Source: Thalia democratica
Taxonomy: Eukaryota
Reading direction: 5' to 3'
Length of the DNA stretch: 64,000 bases
NCBI GenBank assembly: GCA_965202585.1
Contig: OZ241834.1
Coordinates: forward strand, 30,938,001-31,002,000
In this document: in pieces, positions 38,001 to 50,000 of the stretch
Numbering within the stretch: the first letter of the stretch is position 1
Layout: every line of letters starts with the position of its first letter
Notes under the pieces: generated by a model
Seen by the model: the letters and a program-made list of their open reading frames with translations, nothing else
What the model was told of the DNA's origin: nothing
Database searches by the model: none
Translations under genes and position numbers: made by a program

Positions 38001-41000
38001 CAGATTGATTTGTAACACAAAAATATTTCAATGTTAAAATAACAAAAAAATCTTTTAAAACCAACCTTCTATGTTAGTTATCCTGTATTTGTTTCCGCCC
38101 GGCAGAATTTTCCTGCCGTTCTTGTACCAGCTGATGGTGGGCTGCGGCTTGGCGCGAACGCACGCGCTCATCTTCGTCGTGATTCCTTCCGGCACGACGT
38201 TGGACTTGAGGCGCAGTTGGAACAGCGGAGCGTAGTCTCCCGGTTTCGGCATCACCGGCTGATCCCGGTACTTGGAGCTGGTGAACTCGAGCCCGGACGA
38301 GATGTCCTCCTCGTATTCGTCGTTGTATCGAGACCTGGACAAAAGGTAAGGTTTTTTTTTGTTGCTTATACGCTATTAGCATTACTAAAACCTAAAACTG
38401 TTCTCCATACATATTCGAAAACTAATATTCTTTAACAAGTTTAAGATTATATTAAACATTAAATATAAAGGTTTACTTAAAAAAAAAACAAACCTGCTTA
38501 TTCTTCGGCTTCTTCTGTCCTGCCTCCATTTCTTCTTCCTCTCCTCGTAATCTTCCAAGTCTTCCTCCGACTCGGAGCTGCTGTAACTCCTCCTTCTGCG
38601 CCTGCCGCCTTCCATCACCCTCTGCTCTTCTTCCGCCTGCTCCCTTTCTCGCCTCTCCCGCGCCGCGTCCACCTGCAGCATCAGGTCCTCGTACTCGAAC
38701 GACTTCCTTCTTCTGAAGGTCGTTTCCTCTGCGTATCTCCTCTTCTTCTTCATCAGCATCGCCAGCCGCTCTTCTTCGGTCATAGTCGTCGTCGTCGTCG
38801 TGGTCGTTATCTGCTTGCCTCGGTCATCCGCCTCGTCCGTGAAGTCGAGCGAGCCGAAAGCGTCGGCTTGCACCGGCTCGTCGTCCGGATAACCACGTGA
38901 CTGGATATGCGAGGTGGGTTGCGGGAGGTTGTAGACCTGGGATGCGAGGATCTCGTCCTGAACCTGGTCGCGGTCTTCCACTGATCTTTCGAAGATCCTG
39001 TTGTTGTGAGTAAAAGTTAACGCTGAACTTGATTATTTCATTGTAAATATAAAACAAAAAGCTGATTAGTTACGGCTTCAACCTTTGCTAAGGTTTGTTG
39101 TTTCTTAAATTGCCTGATTACAATAAGCTATCGTAATAAAGATTTTGGATACATGGAGAACTTAACCAAAAAAAAAAAAACTGGTACTAATTGAATCTAA
39201 GTTTAACTTTAATTTTATAGTTTTAAGACTTTCTTATTCTTAATTTGCTTTATCAAAACTAAATTACTTTTTTATCAGCTAAAATGAATATCTTGAAAGC
39301 CATAACTACATGTAAGCCAACTATTTTGATATATTTAAACTTCTTACTTCAAAGGTATGTTTGCAGTCATCGCCTGATCGTGCCTCATCCTGAGGTTTTT
39401 GAACGATCCCACCTTGTCTTCGGCTCCCGCGTAGCGGCTGCTCATCGGAGCGGACAGCTGCCTCGAGACTCTTTGCGAAGATCTCACGTCGTCTTCGAAC
39501 AAGTCCGCGGCGCTGCTTCTGCGTGCTCTGCGAATGCAAAAGTTTTTGAATCTTTTTAAATTAATACTAGTTTAACATTAAGTTTTGATATGTTTATAAG
39601 AAGTTTTATCAATATGAAGCTAAAAGTAGTATTAGATTGTTGTAAAACTGTTTAGAAAATATGCAATTATAGTACAATTTACAGGCAAAATATAATAAAT
39701 TCAATATTGTTGTTTAGCAATGTAGTTCTCAATTACCTTTGATAACCAGAAGCTTGTTTGTTTTCATCGACAATGTCTGAGTAGGAAGGCACATCTTCGG
39801 CCCCTGAACGCAACCAGTCTTGGTTGGAAGCTTCAAATTCACGCAAGTGTGATCTTGAATCCTAAAAAGATAAATTTATTTATCTAAACTCTGTTTTTTG
39901 TGTAAAATTTTGAAAAAGTTTAACATTTATCTTAAAACAAATAAACAATATTTTTAAGTTTTTTTTTTAAGTTATAATTTTTAGCAAATAAAATCAACCT
40001 GGTAATCAGACTGAAGGTTATATTTGTCAATGTCTGGATATTGGTTACTTTGTTCGTCTCTCATAAACTGATTGATTTCTTGTTGCTCTAGCAGTTGACT
40101 GATTGGCGCTAGAATCTGAAGTTAGATTTTAGGTTAATTACTGATTTTATAAATTAAGCTTGTCTGAAACAAGTTTTATCAGTTGACTATTTACCTTTAA
40201 ATAAATCAATTAATTTTTAGATTTAACTTAATGCAAACAAAAATAAGTTTCTAATAAAAAAAATACTGATACTTACATCTAGAGTGTCGTGTTTTTCAAC
40301 ATTTTGCTTGCTCGTTGATGCAAGTCCACGTCTCTCGATGAAACTGTCTATGTGAGTTTGCTCAACTTGTTCGCGTACTGGCTTCGAAAGCTGAAAAACA
40401 AAGTATTTTAAAACTACACAAAAATTTTTATTTTACTTCTTTTCTTAAAGAACTATTTTGTACAATTTTTTTTTATTTAAAAAATTTTCTATATCAATTC
40501 CTTTTTTTTTAGTTATCACTTTCAACATAACTTTCAAATAGATTAATGATCTATTGCGTTGACTGAACTAAGTAGCTGACAAAAGCTTATTAGTATCAAA
40601 AATCAAATAAATAAAACCTCTTCGCTTTCTCGCTGAAGCTTGTACTTGTTGTATTCGTTGTCGTTCTTCTTGACACGTCCCTGCTCGATTTGCATTTTGA
40701 AGGGAACTGTCTGACTTCTTATTTTGCTGATTGTTTTCTTTTGCGGCATGACGTGATCGTGCTTAGAAGGCGGCATTATGACGAAATCGTCGTCGATTAT
40801 TCCGTCTTCCGCGCGCTCGATCACTCTGTTTATTACGTTTAGTTTTAAAATTAGTTTTAAAAAGTATACTTTTAAGCTTATATCCACGATCATTGTATTA
40901 CATTATACGTTAATGACAAAGACTTCTAAATTTCAAGTTTTTAAAACCACCAGTTTTCCAAGCTTATCAAAATTGTGTCAACGAAATACTAATTTTTTTT

Positions 41001-44000
41001 TTATCTCTAAATAAATAAAAACCTTTGTTTCTCCGTGAGTCTTGGCTCGGGCACCGAGTACGATTCGGTTTCAATCTTCACCACGTGCTTCTTCCTCCTA
41101 AAGTCCTCTTCTTTCTCCCCAGCCACCAGCTTCTTGTACCACATCTCCGCCTTGTCGTTCAGCCTCGACTCCCGCTCCTCGACGAAATCTTCATCCTCGA
41201 CTTCTCTCAGGTTGGGGAAGATTTTACCGACCGGCCGCATGAGGAGTTCGTACTCGTCGTCCAACTGGAGCTGCTCCTCCGCGGCCACGATCTTGTCGGC
41301 CAGCTTCGTCGCCTTCTCCCGTTCCAGAAGGTCCGCGTCCTCCTTGCGCCAGCTGGTGGAAGAAAAAAATATATCCTTAATGCTACTGTTTAAAGTGACT
41401 ACTCTTAAATTACAATAAAAAATAAGACTTAAGATTAAACAAAATTGCATGTAAAAAATTTAAGTGAAAGTACTATCTTGTATGTTTTGAAATAAAGTTC
41501 GGAATATTCAACTCACCGTTCGAGCTGACGGTGTTTGTAGGGCAGCACCTTCAGCTCTGCCTCGCACGACACCGACCCCACGTCGTTGGTGGCAACCATC
41601 TTGTAGGTTCCCGCGTCGGGCTGGCAGACGTGGCTGATCTTCATGTGGGCCTTGTTTTTGGTGTCCCACCCGAACGACCTTCTCAGGTCGCTGGAAATCT
41701 CCACCCCGTCCTTGTACCACTTCAGCTCGGGCCGGGGGCTGCCCCTGACGCCGACGCTGAAAAATCCGGTTTCGCCCTCTTCCACGTGCTGCGCGGTCAT
41801 GAGGCGGTGCAGGATCGGAGCGACTTGGTGGACTGGCGGTTCTCTTTCGGCTGTTTGGGAGAAAAACAATACGTTAGTGTTCTGGGTAGTACAGAGTTTG
41901 AATTCGATAGAAGCGTTTACACATTACTTTTAAATTTAATTGTTTTCATATAATTTATCTACGCATTACCATAACTTTTTGAAAACTTTTAAACTTAATA
42001 AACGTCGTATGCTACTCACGCAGAACTTTGATGGCGGCTCTGCACTCGTCTTGCCCGTACAAGTTCCTGGCCACGACCCACACGTGACCGCAGTCTTCAA
42101 CCGAGCAGTTTTGAACGCGCAAGGTGTGCAGGGACTTGTCCGACTCGACAGAGTACTTTTCGTCGTCTTCTTCCTTGTTGATCTCGTGGGCGTTGTGGAA
42201 CCAGCTCACTTCGCAAGGCGGGTTTATTCCGACTGTTGAATATTCAAAAACATTTACTTACCTCTAGATAAAAATTTGTAGCAAGCGTATACATAAAAAA
42301 GGAAACATGTCTTTCTAAAAAATAACGCTGTTTTAGAAAAAAATAGATTTGAAACTTATCTTACCTGCAACAGTAAACGTAGCCGACTCCCCGGCGTACA
42401 ACGTCGAGTCGAACAGCGGCAGCTTGAACTCTGGAGGTTTGTTTCGCGACTTGGCCGAGGCTTTGTTGCGCTTGTCGTCAAAGTACAAGTTTCTCAACTT
42501 TCTAGTTCTGCAAGTTTTATAAATACAGTATATTTTTTAGTTAAAAATATTCAGTGCCTTACAATATTCAATATATTATTTTCTTACCACATATCTACTT
42601 ACCTCGATTCATTATTTTCAAATATTCAAGGTTGAAAACTTACAAAGCTTTTCTTCACTGAAAGTTAACTTACCTCGATTCGTCTTGTACCATCAACAGA
42701 CAAGAGGTTTGGAAGGTGTTTCCGTCAGCTTGAAGCTGACAAGTGTAAACTTCCTCGTCAGCTCGCGACAGGTCTTTCACGTACAAGCTGCAAGATCCGT
42801 CGCGTTTGCTGCTTTCGTACTTTTCTCCCGATTCCAATTCCGCGCCGTTCTTAAGCCTGCATTTTAAAACTTAAGTTACATATATTGTATTTGAAGTACT
42901 TTTTAACATTTAAACTTCGTTTCTTAAAATAGTCAATTAAACAAAGAACTTATGCGAAACGCAAGCTACACTATGCACTTTGCATACATGTGCTTACAAA
43001 ACTGCTTCTAAATCTAACTCTGTTACGTTCTTGAGCCTACATTTAAAAATTTTGATTGTTTCAATAAGATCAATAAGTTTTAAGGTCAAAATTGTTTAAT
43101 TGTGTTTTTTATGCACGTGCTTATAAACTTCTCACCACTTCACGGCGTCTCCCTCTCCGAGGTCCTTCCACAAGCAGCTCAGCTTGACATCCTCGCCCTT
43201 CTTGCCGATGGCGTGCCGCAGCGGCGACACGAGCGGCCTCTCGGCCGACCTGACCGTCTTCGCGCTCGACTGAACGTCCGATTGTGACGTCACAGGCGCC
43301 AGGACGCGTCCCAGGGCGCAGGTTATGTCGTCGCGCGCCTCGCGGTGCCTGCTCCTGTACAGGGAGCGGTGGTACGCGGACGGGATGTTGATGTCTGGTA
43401 GGTCGCATGCGAACCACGGGTGAGAGAGCGCTTCCTGGATCGTCATCCTCTCGCTCCTGTCCTTCACCAGCAGCCTGTTGAATTTAAAGGTTTTGAACTA
43501 ATTGGTGTTAAATTATAATTAAGAACTAATTTAAATTATAGGATAATTTTTTTTCCATGTATTTTATACGATTCAATAACGAAACATATAAAAATAATCA
43601 CTTTTAAAGAATATTGAATGATAATTACTAGAAACTTTATATAATAAGTTCTTTTATTGTAATTTTTTTTATTGCTAAACAACAAACCTGTCGACAAAGT
43701 CCAGAGCTTCATCGGAAACGAGCTTCCACTCGTCTTCCTGAAGCACCACGTCTCCCTCCACCACTTTCTCCCTTATTTCGCCGCGGTTCGAACCGAGGAA
43801 GGGGGAAACGCCGGTGAGGATAACGTGCGTGACGACACCTACCGACCACATGTCGGAGCTTTTGTCGACTTGTCCGCCCGACAACAGCTCCGGGGAACCA
43901 AACTCGGCTCTGGTCAAGTTGATTTTTACGCCTAGAAAAAATAGCTCTTTGTAAATATAATTATGACCAAAGTTTTTAGTTTTATTAGATTAATTTTCTT

Positions 44001-47000
44001 ACATTCGCAACTAAAACATGATGTTTAAATGCAATAAATAGAAATAATTCAAAACGTTATAAAAACTTAGTAGAATAGTTGTTTAAGAGTTTTAAATTTG
44101 TCTCATTGCAATTTATACAATTAGAATGTCAATTAGGTATTAACTACAAAACTTACTTTTGATGTTCTTGATTTCTTTTGAGTTCTCAAGCCCAACAAGC
44201 TTGACATCGTTGTTCTCATCGTCTTGTGTTTTGAAAATTATGTTTTCAGGGCAAATGTCGAAGTGAGCAATGTCTTTGGAATGCAACTCTTGCACACACT
44301 TGCAAACTTGTTCAACCAGTTTTCTGCACAAGTCTTCACTCAACTGCGTCATGAATATTCCTTCCAAAATGTTACCACCGGACACAAACTCGTAAACGAG
44401 TGCAGTTTCCCGATCGCTTTCAAACCACTCGTGAAGTTGCAAAAAACCGGAACTCTGCAGCTTTTGCATCATGGCGATTTCTTTTTGAGCTTTCAGGCTG
44501 CTTTCCTTGCCGCTTGCAAACACCTTGACGGCGAAAGTCTTGCCCGTGCTCGCTTCTTTGGCGCGGTACACTTTGCACTCGTCGCTCAGCCCAAGCACTT
44601 CGAAGAGCTGGTACTTTTCGCGCAACGAGTCCTCGCTCTTTTCGACTTTACCAGCCGAGTACTGTGACGTCACATCGACGAGGCGATCGTACTGGCATCC
44701 CAGCATCTTGTCGTCCTTCGTCATCACCGCGCTCGTCGGTTCCGAGTGCCGGGATTCCCCTCTGGAGTTCTTCGCGATCACCCTGAACCTGTACTCGCTC
44801 CTCGACGCCGTCCCGTAGACGGTGTACTCGTGCTTCGAGGAAGTTCCGTCCCTCGTCCACAGTTTTCCGCCGCTGCTCGACCTCTCGACGATGTAGCTCG
44901 TGATCGGCTTGCCGCCGTCGTCTTCGGGTTCTTGCCACTTGAGGGTGACGGAATCGCTGTCGACGTCGGTGGCGATGACGTCGTGCGGGCGTTCAGGAAC
45001 GTCGCTGACCACCAGGCTGACGGTGGCGCTCTCGGTGCCGTACTTGTTCGTGAAGTCGATGACGTAACTTCCGGTGTCGTCACGCTGTGCGTTGGTCAGC
45101 GTCAGAGTGGTGAAAGAGTCGGTGTCGTGGACTTCCACCCGCTCGTCTTGAGAAATTTCCTTGTCCGAAGATTCGCGCTTCCACTTGATGGCCGGCGTCG
45201 GTTCGCACGAGTACGGAACCTTGATGCTGACCACCTCGTGAACGCGGCACTCGAAAGGCCGAGATCTCGCCTCTTCGGATATCTGCACCTCGGGCGCTCT
45301 CTCGACTCTCAATTCAGCCGCCATCGAGACCGACCCGCCGTGGTTGGTGGCCCTCACCGTGTAAGAGCCCTGGTCCTGCTTCTTCACTTTGGACAGGACC
45401 AGCGAGTAGTTGTTCGCTTTTCCCTCGTGCATCTGCACGCTGTGGGACCCGATTATTTCCGCGCCCAACTTGTACCACTTTATCACCGGCTTCGGGTTGC
45501 CCGTTATCTTGCAGCTCAGCACCGCTTTCTCTCCGACCTTGGTCACGACGTTGTCCAGGTCCTGAACGAACTTGGGGGCCAGCACCGTGATGTCCTCCTT
45601 GGGCTCGACGGTCGCGGAAACCTCGCTCGGCTCCGACTGACCGTGAGCGTTCGCGGCCCTCACCCTGAACTGGTACGAAAATCCCTCGACCAATCCGGTC
45701 ACGTAGAAAACCGAAAATTCTTTCTCGTCCGGCTTCTCCTCGTCGTTGATGGTCATCCAGTACTTGCGCTTGCTGTCGCGCCTCTCTATGACGTAATGGG
45801 TGATGGGGCTTCCCCCGTCCGACTTGGGCTGCCTCCACGACAGCATGCACCCGTCCTTGGTGACGCCCGTCGGAATCGGCTTGCTCGGCGGCTTCGGCAC
45901 GTCGAGTATCTCGCCGGCGACCACCGCAGCCTGGGTCACGGCAGCTTCGGAGGTACCGTAGCAGGTCTGGGCCGAGACCCTGAAGTAGTAGCTCTTGCCC
46001 GCCACCAGGTCGCGCACCCTCCAGTTGAGTTTGGAAGTGAAAGCGGTGACCAGGTCCCATTTGTCGGTGGGCCGCTTCACCGCGTCCTTCTTCTCGACGA
46101 TGTAGCACGAAACGGGAACTCCCCCGTTGTCAACAGGCGCCTGCCACGAGATGAACACGCTGTCGAAGGTGACGCAGTCGACCGTGACGTCTGTTGGCGC
46201 GCTCGGCACGCCGTGCACGTCCGTCCTCAGCGGTATCGAGCTCGCGCCGTGCTTGTTGGTCAGCTTCACTTCGAACGTTCCGCTGTGCTCGCTCCTCGCG
46301 GCCGACTTCACCCGCATCATGGTGAACTCCGACGTGGTCTCGATGCTGCAGTTCTCATTCGCTTCGAACACCTTGCCGTTCAGAGTCCACTCGGCGGCTG
46401 GCTTCGGGTACCCGTAGAACGGCACGTAGAGGCGCATGCTCTGGCCCTGCCTGCACGCGACGTCGTTCTTGTACTTGCCGTCGCGGTCGTTCAGTATCGG
46501 AACTCCGGCGACGATGATCTTCGCTTCGGTTTCGAGGTAGCCAAGCTTGTTGCTGGCGTACAGAGCGTAAACCCCGCCCTCGTGGTCCGTTATCTCGGAA
46601 ATTTGGATGGAGGCGATCCTGCCGTCCCAGTTCACCTTGCACCTGCTGCTTCTCTTCACCTCCCTGCCGTTTCTCATCCAGATAACTTCCGGGGTGGGCT
46701 GGCCGACGACGGAGGCGACCAGGGAGGCCGACTTGCCTCTCATCACCACCGCCTGCTGGATCTCTTCCTCCAAACGCGGCTTTTCGTCGCCGGCGCTCTT
46801 CACCACCACGGTGTCTTCCAGTTTCGCCGCCGGGGATCTCCCGCTCCTGTTGACCGCGAACACCCTGAACTCGTACTCGCTGCCCGAGTTGAGGTTCTGC
46901 ACTTGGTGGCAGCTCTCGAACAACATGTCCTCCTCGTGGCACTGCCGCCACACGGTCATGCTCGTCTCGCGTCGCTCCAGCACGTAGCCCTGCACCCTGC

Positions 47001-50000
47001 CCACGTTGAGGTCTTCGACCACCGGCTTGTTCCACGCCAGTATCACCGAGTCCTTGGTCGTGCTGACCACCTCGAAGTCTCTGGGCGCCGGCAGCCTGTC
47101 GTCGGGCTCCTTGCACCTGACCACCACGGTGGGGTTGGACGGCTTCCCGATGCCGACCTCGTTCTCGGCGAACACCCTGAACCGGTACTCGGCGTGCTCG
47201 ACCAGCCCCTGCACGGTGAAGGTCGTCCTCTTCAGCCTCACCTGGTTGCAGCGCACCCACTTGGTGGCGTTCTCCTCCTTCCTCTCCACGTAGTAGCCGC
47301 CGACCACCGGCGTGAACACGTTCTTGCTCCTGACGCGGATCCACGAAATCGACACCCAGTCGCGTCCCACCTCGTCGATGTCGACTTGGTGCGGCGCGTT
47401 GGGGACCTTCAGCACGGTTTCGGGCTTCACGCTTTCCTCGCTGACCAGAGCGTCGCCGACACCGAAGGCGTTTTCGGCGGCGACACGGAAGAAGTACTCC
47501 TTTCCTTCGGTCAGCCCCTTGACTTCCAGCCTGGTCGCTTCAACCTTCTCGTCGACAGTGATCCAGCCGGGCCTTGCGACCTCGCGGCGCTCCACGACGT
47601 AGCTGACGACTTCGGAGCCGCCGTTGTCCACCGGCGGCTTCCACTGCACCGTGACGCCCGTCTTGTTGACGTCTCTGAACTGGATCGGGCCTGAAACCCG
47701 TTCCGGTCTGCCGATCACCGTCACGTTCACGGTCGCTTTCGCCATCCCGTACTTGTTCTTGATCATGCACCTGTAGCTTCCCGCGTCTTTCTTGTCGCAG
47801 TCCTTGATAATAACCTCGGCCGACTCGTGCGTTACGGCTTGAAGCGAGTTTATCTTCAGGTCGACTTCTTCTCCCTTTGTTTTGGTCCACTCTACCAGCG
47901 GCGTCGGTCTTCCCTTGTAGGGAACGGTGATTATGAGCGCCGCTTTGCTGTGCACCGTGATCTCCCTGTCCTTTTCTTCCAACAGTATCTCGGGCGGGTT
48001 GTAGAGATCAACGACTTCGATGAACTCCTCGCTCTGCTTGAACTCGCTCTCGGCGTTCCTGTTGAAGGCGGACACGCGCATGGCGATCTTGTCTCCCACC
48101 CTCGCGCCTCTCACCTGGAACTCGTTGATCCTGATCGGCACCTGGTTGCACCTGACCCACCTGCCCGGCGGCTCGCTGCAGTCGAACAGCTCCAGGTTGT
48201 AGCCCAACAACTGCGACTGGCCCTCGTACTCCGGCCTGTCCCATGTTACGGACAATATTCCCTTGTAAAAGTCCAAGTATCTCAGATTGGTCGGGGCGTC
48301 CGGAGGCGTCATGGTCTGGCGCACGAGCACGAGTTTCGTCGCCGCGCTCGGCGGGCTTTCCCCGTGCTCGTTGACGGCGACGACGCGGAACTCGTACTCG
48401 CAACCTTCCGCCAGCTCGGGGCAGGCCAGCCTGTTCTGCTTGGTCGGCACCTGGTTGCTCCGCACCCACCGGGCGCTCTTCTTCTGCCGGTGCTCCGCGA
48501 AGTACCCGTCCACCTCCACCTCGTTCTCGATGCTCCAGCTCACGCTCACGCTGCTCTTCGTCACCAGCCCGACCTCGACGCACTTCGGCGCGCTCGGCAC
48601 CAGCTCGTCCTCTTCCAGGAACTGCAGCGTCTTGTCGAGGTACAGCGGCATTCCGATTCCGTAGCGGTTTTGTGCCGAGACGCGGAAGTCGTAGTACTTG
48701 CCTTTGAACAGCGGCTCCACCCTGAAAAGGGTTCCGGTCACCGAAGCGGATAAGTTCTTCCAGCTGAACAGCTCCCTGTCGCGCTTCTCCACCACGTAGT
48801 TGGTTATGTTGGCGCCGCCGTCTCTGATTGGCGCGCTCCAGTTCAAGGTCAGGGTATTTCCCTTCATGGCGGTGATCCTGATCGGTCCTTCGGGAACTCC
48901 CGGCACGTCTAATATTTTCACAGTTATGTTTTGCTTGCAAGATCCTGCAGAGTTTGTAGCCACTATCGAGTACACCGCTTCGTCTTCGGAAGTCGTCTCT
49001 CTGACCTCCAACGTCGCCTTGCACCCGTCCTCGACGCGCATCTTCGTTCTCAGCCGGTCCTCGAAGACCTTCTCGTCGTCCTTGAACCATTCCACGCTCG
49101 GGAAAGGCGATCCTTTGACGGGCACGGAAACCTTCAGAGGCCTTCCCGCGCGCAACGTGATGAGAGAGTCTTCCGGAAGGTCGCTCTCGCTGATGCTAGC
49201 CGCCACCTCTGGCGCCCTGACGCGCACGTCGCTCGCGTAAGTCACCACCTCGCTTTTGCCGTGGTAGTTCTTGGCGTAGATCCTGAACCTGTACTCGCCG
49301 TTCTTCACCAAGTTCTGTATTTTCAAACTCAATGCAGTCTTCGTCTTGGCCGCCGTTCTCCAGTGCTGGATGGACTCGTTCTCGGTCATCTCGACCACGT
49401 AAGTGATCTCCTTGCTGTTGAAGATGTCCGAGTCCTTCTTCCACTTGAGGGCGACGCTGTCGTCGGTGACCTCGTCCACCTCGAAGTCGTACGGGGCCGG
49501 GGGCAGCTCCGAAACCGTCACTGGCGATTTCAGCGCGTGCGGCTCTCCGATTCCCGTTTCGTTTTCGCCCAGCACCTGGAAGTAGTACGTTTTTCCGTAC
49601 ACCAGATCCGACACCTTGTAGCTGGTCTTGAGGCACTTTGTGGCGACGGTGGTCCACGCCTTGCTCTGCGCCAGCCTCACCTGCACCAAATAGTTCTTCA
49701 CTCCGCTGCCGCCGTCCACCTCGGGCGGGTTCCACCTGAGCCTGACGAAAGACCGCTCGACTTCGACCGCTTGCAGCGAGTTGGGCGGTCCCGGCGTGTC
49801 GTGCACCCTCACCTTGACTGTCGCCTGCTGCGTGCCGCTTTCGTTCGTGGCGCTTATTGTGTACTTGCCGGCGTCGAACTTGTCGCATTTCTCGATGAAC
49901 AAGCAAGTCGCCGCCTCGTGGGTGTCGACAGTCGCTCTCGACTCGAGCCTGTCGTCGGGCTGCTTGCTCCATTTTATCTCGGGTTGCGGTCGCCCGCTGA

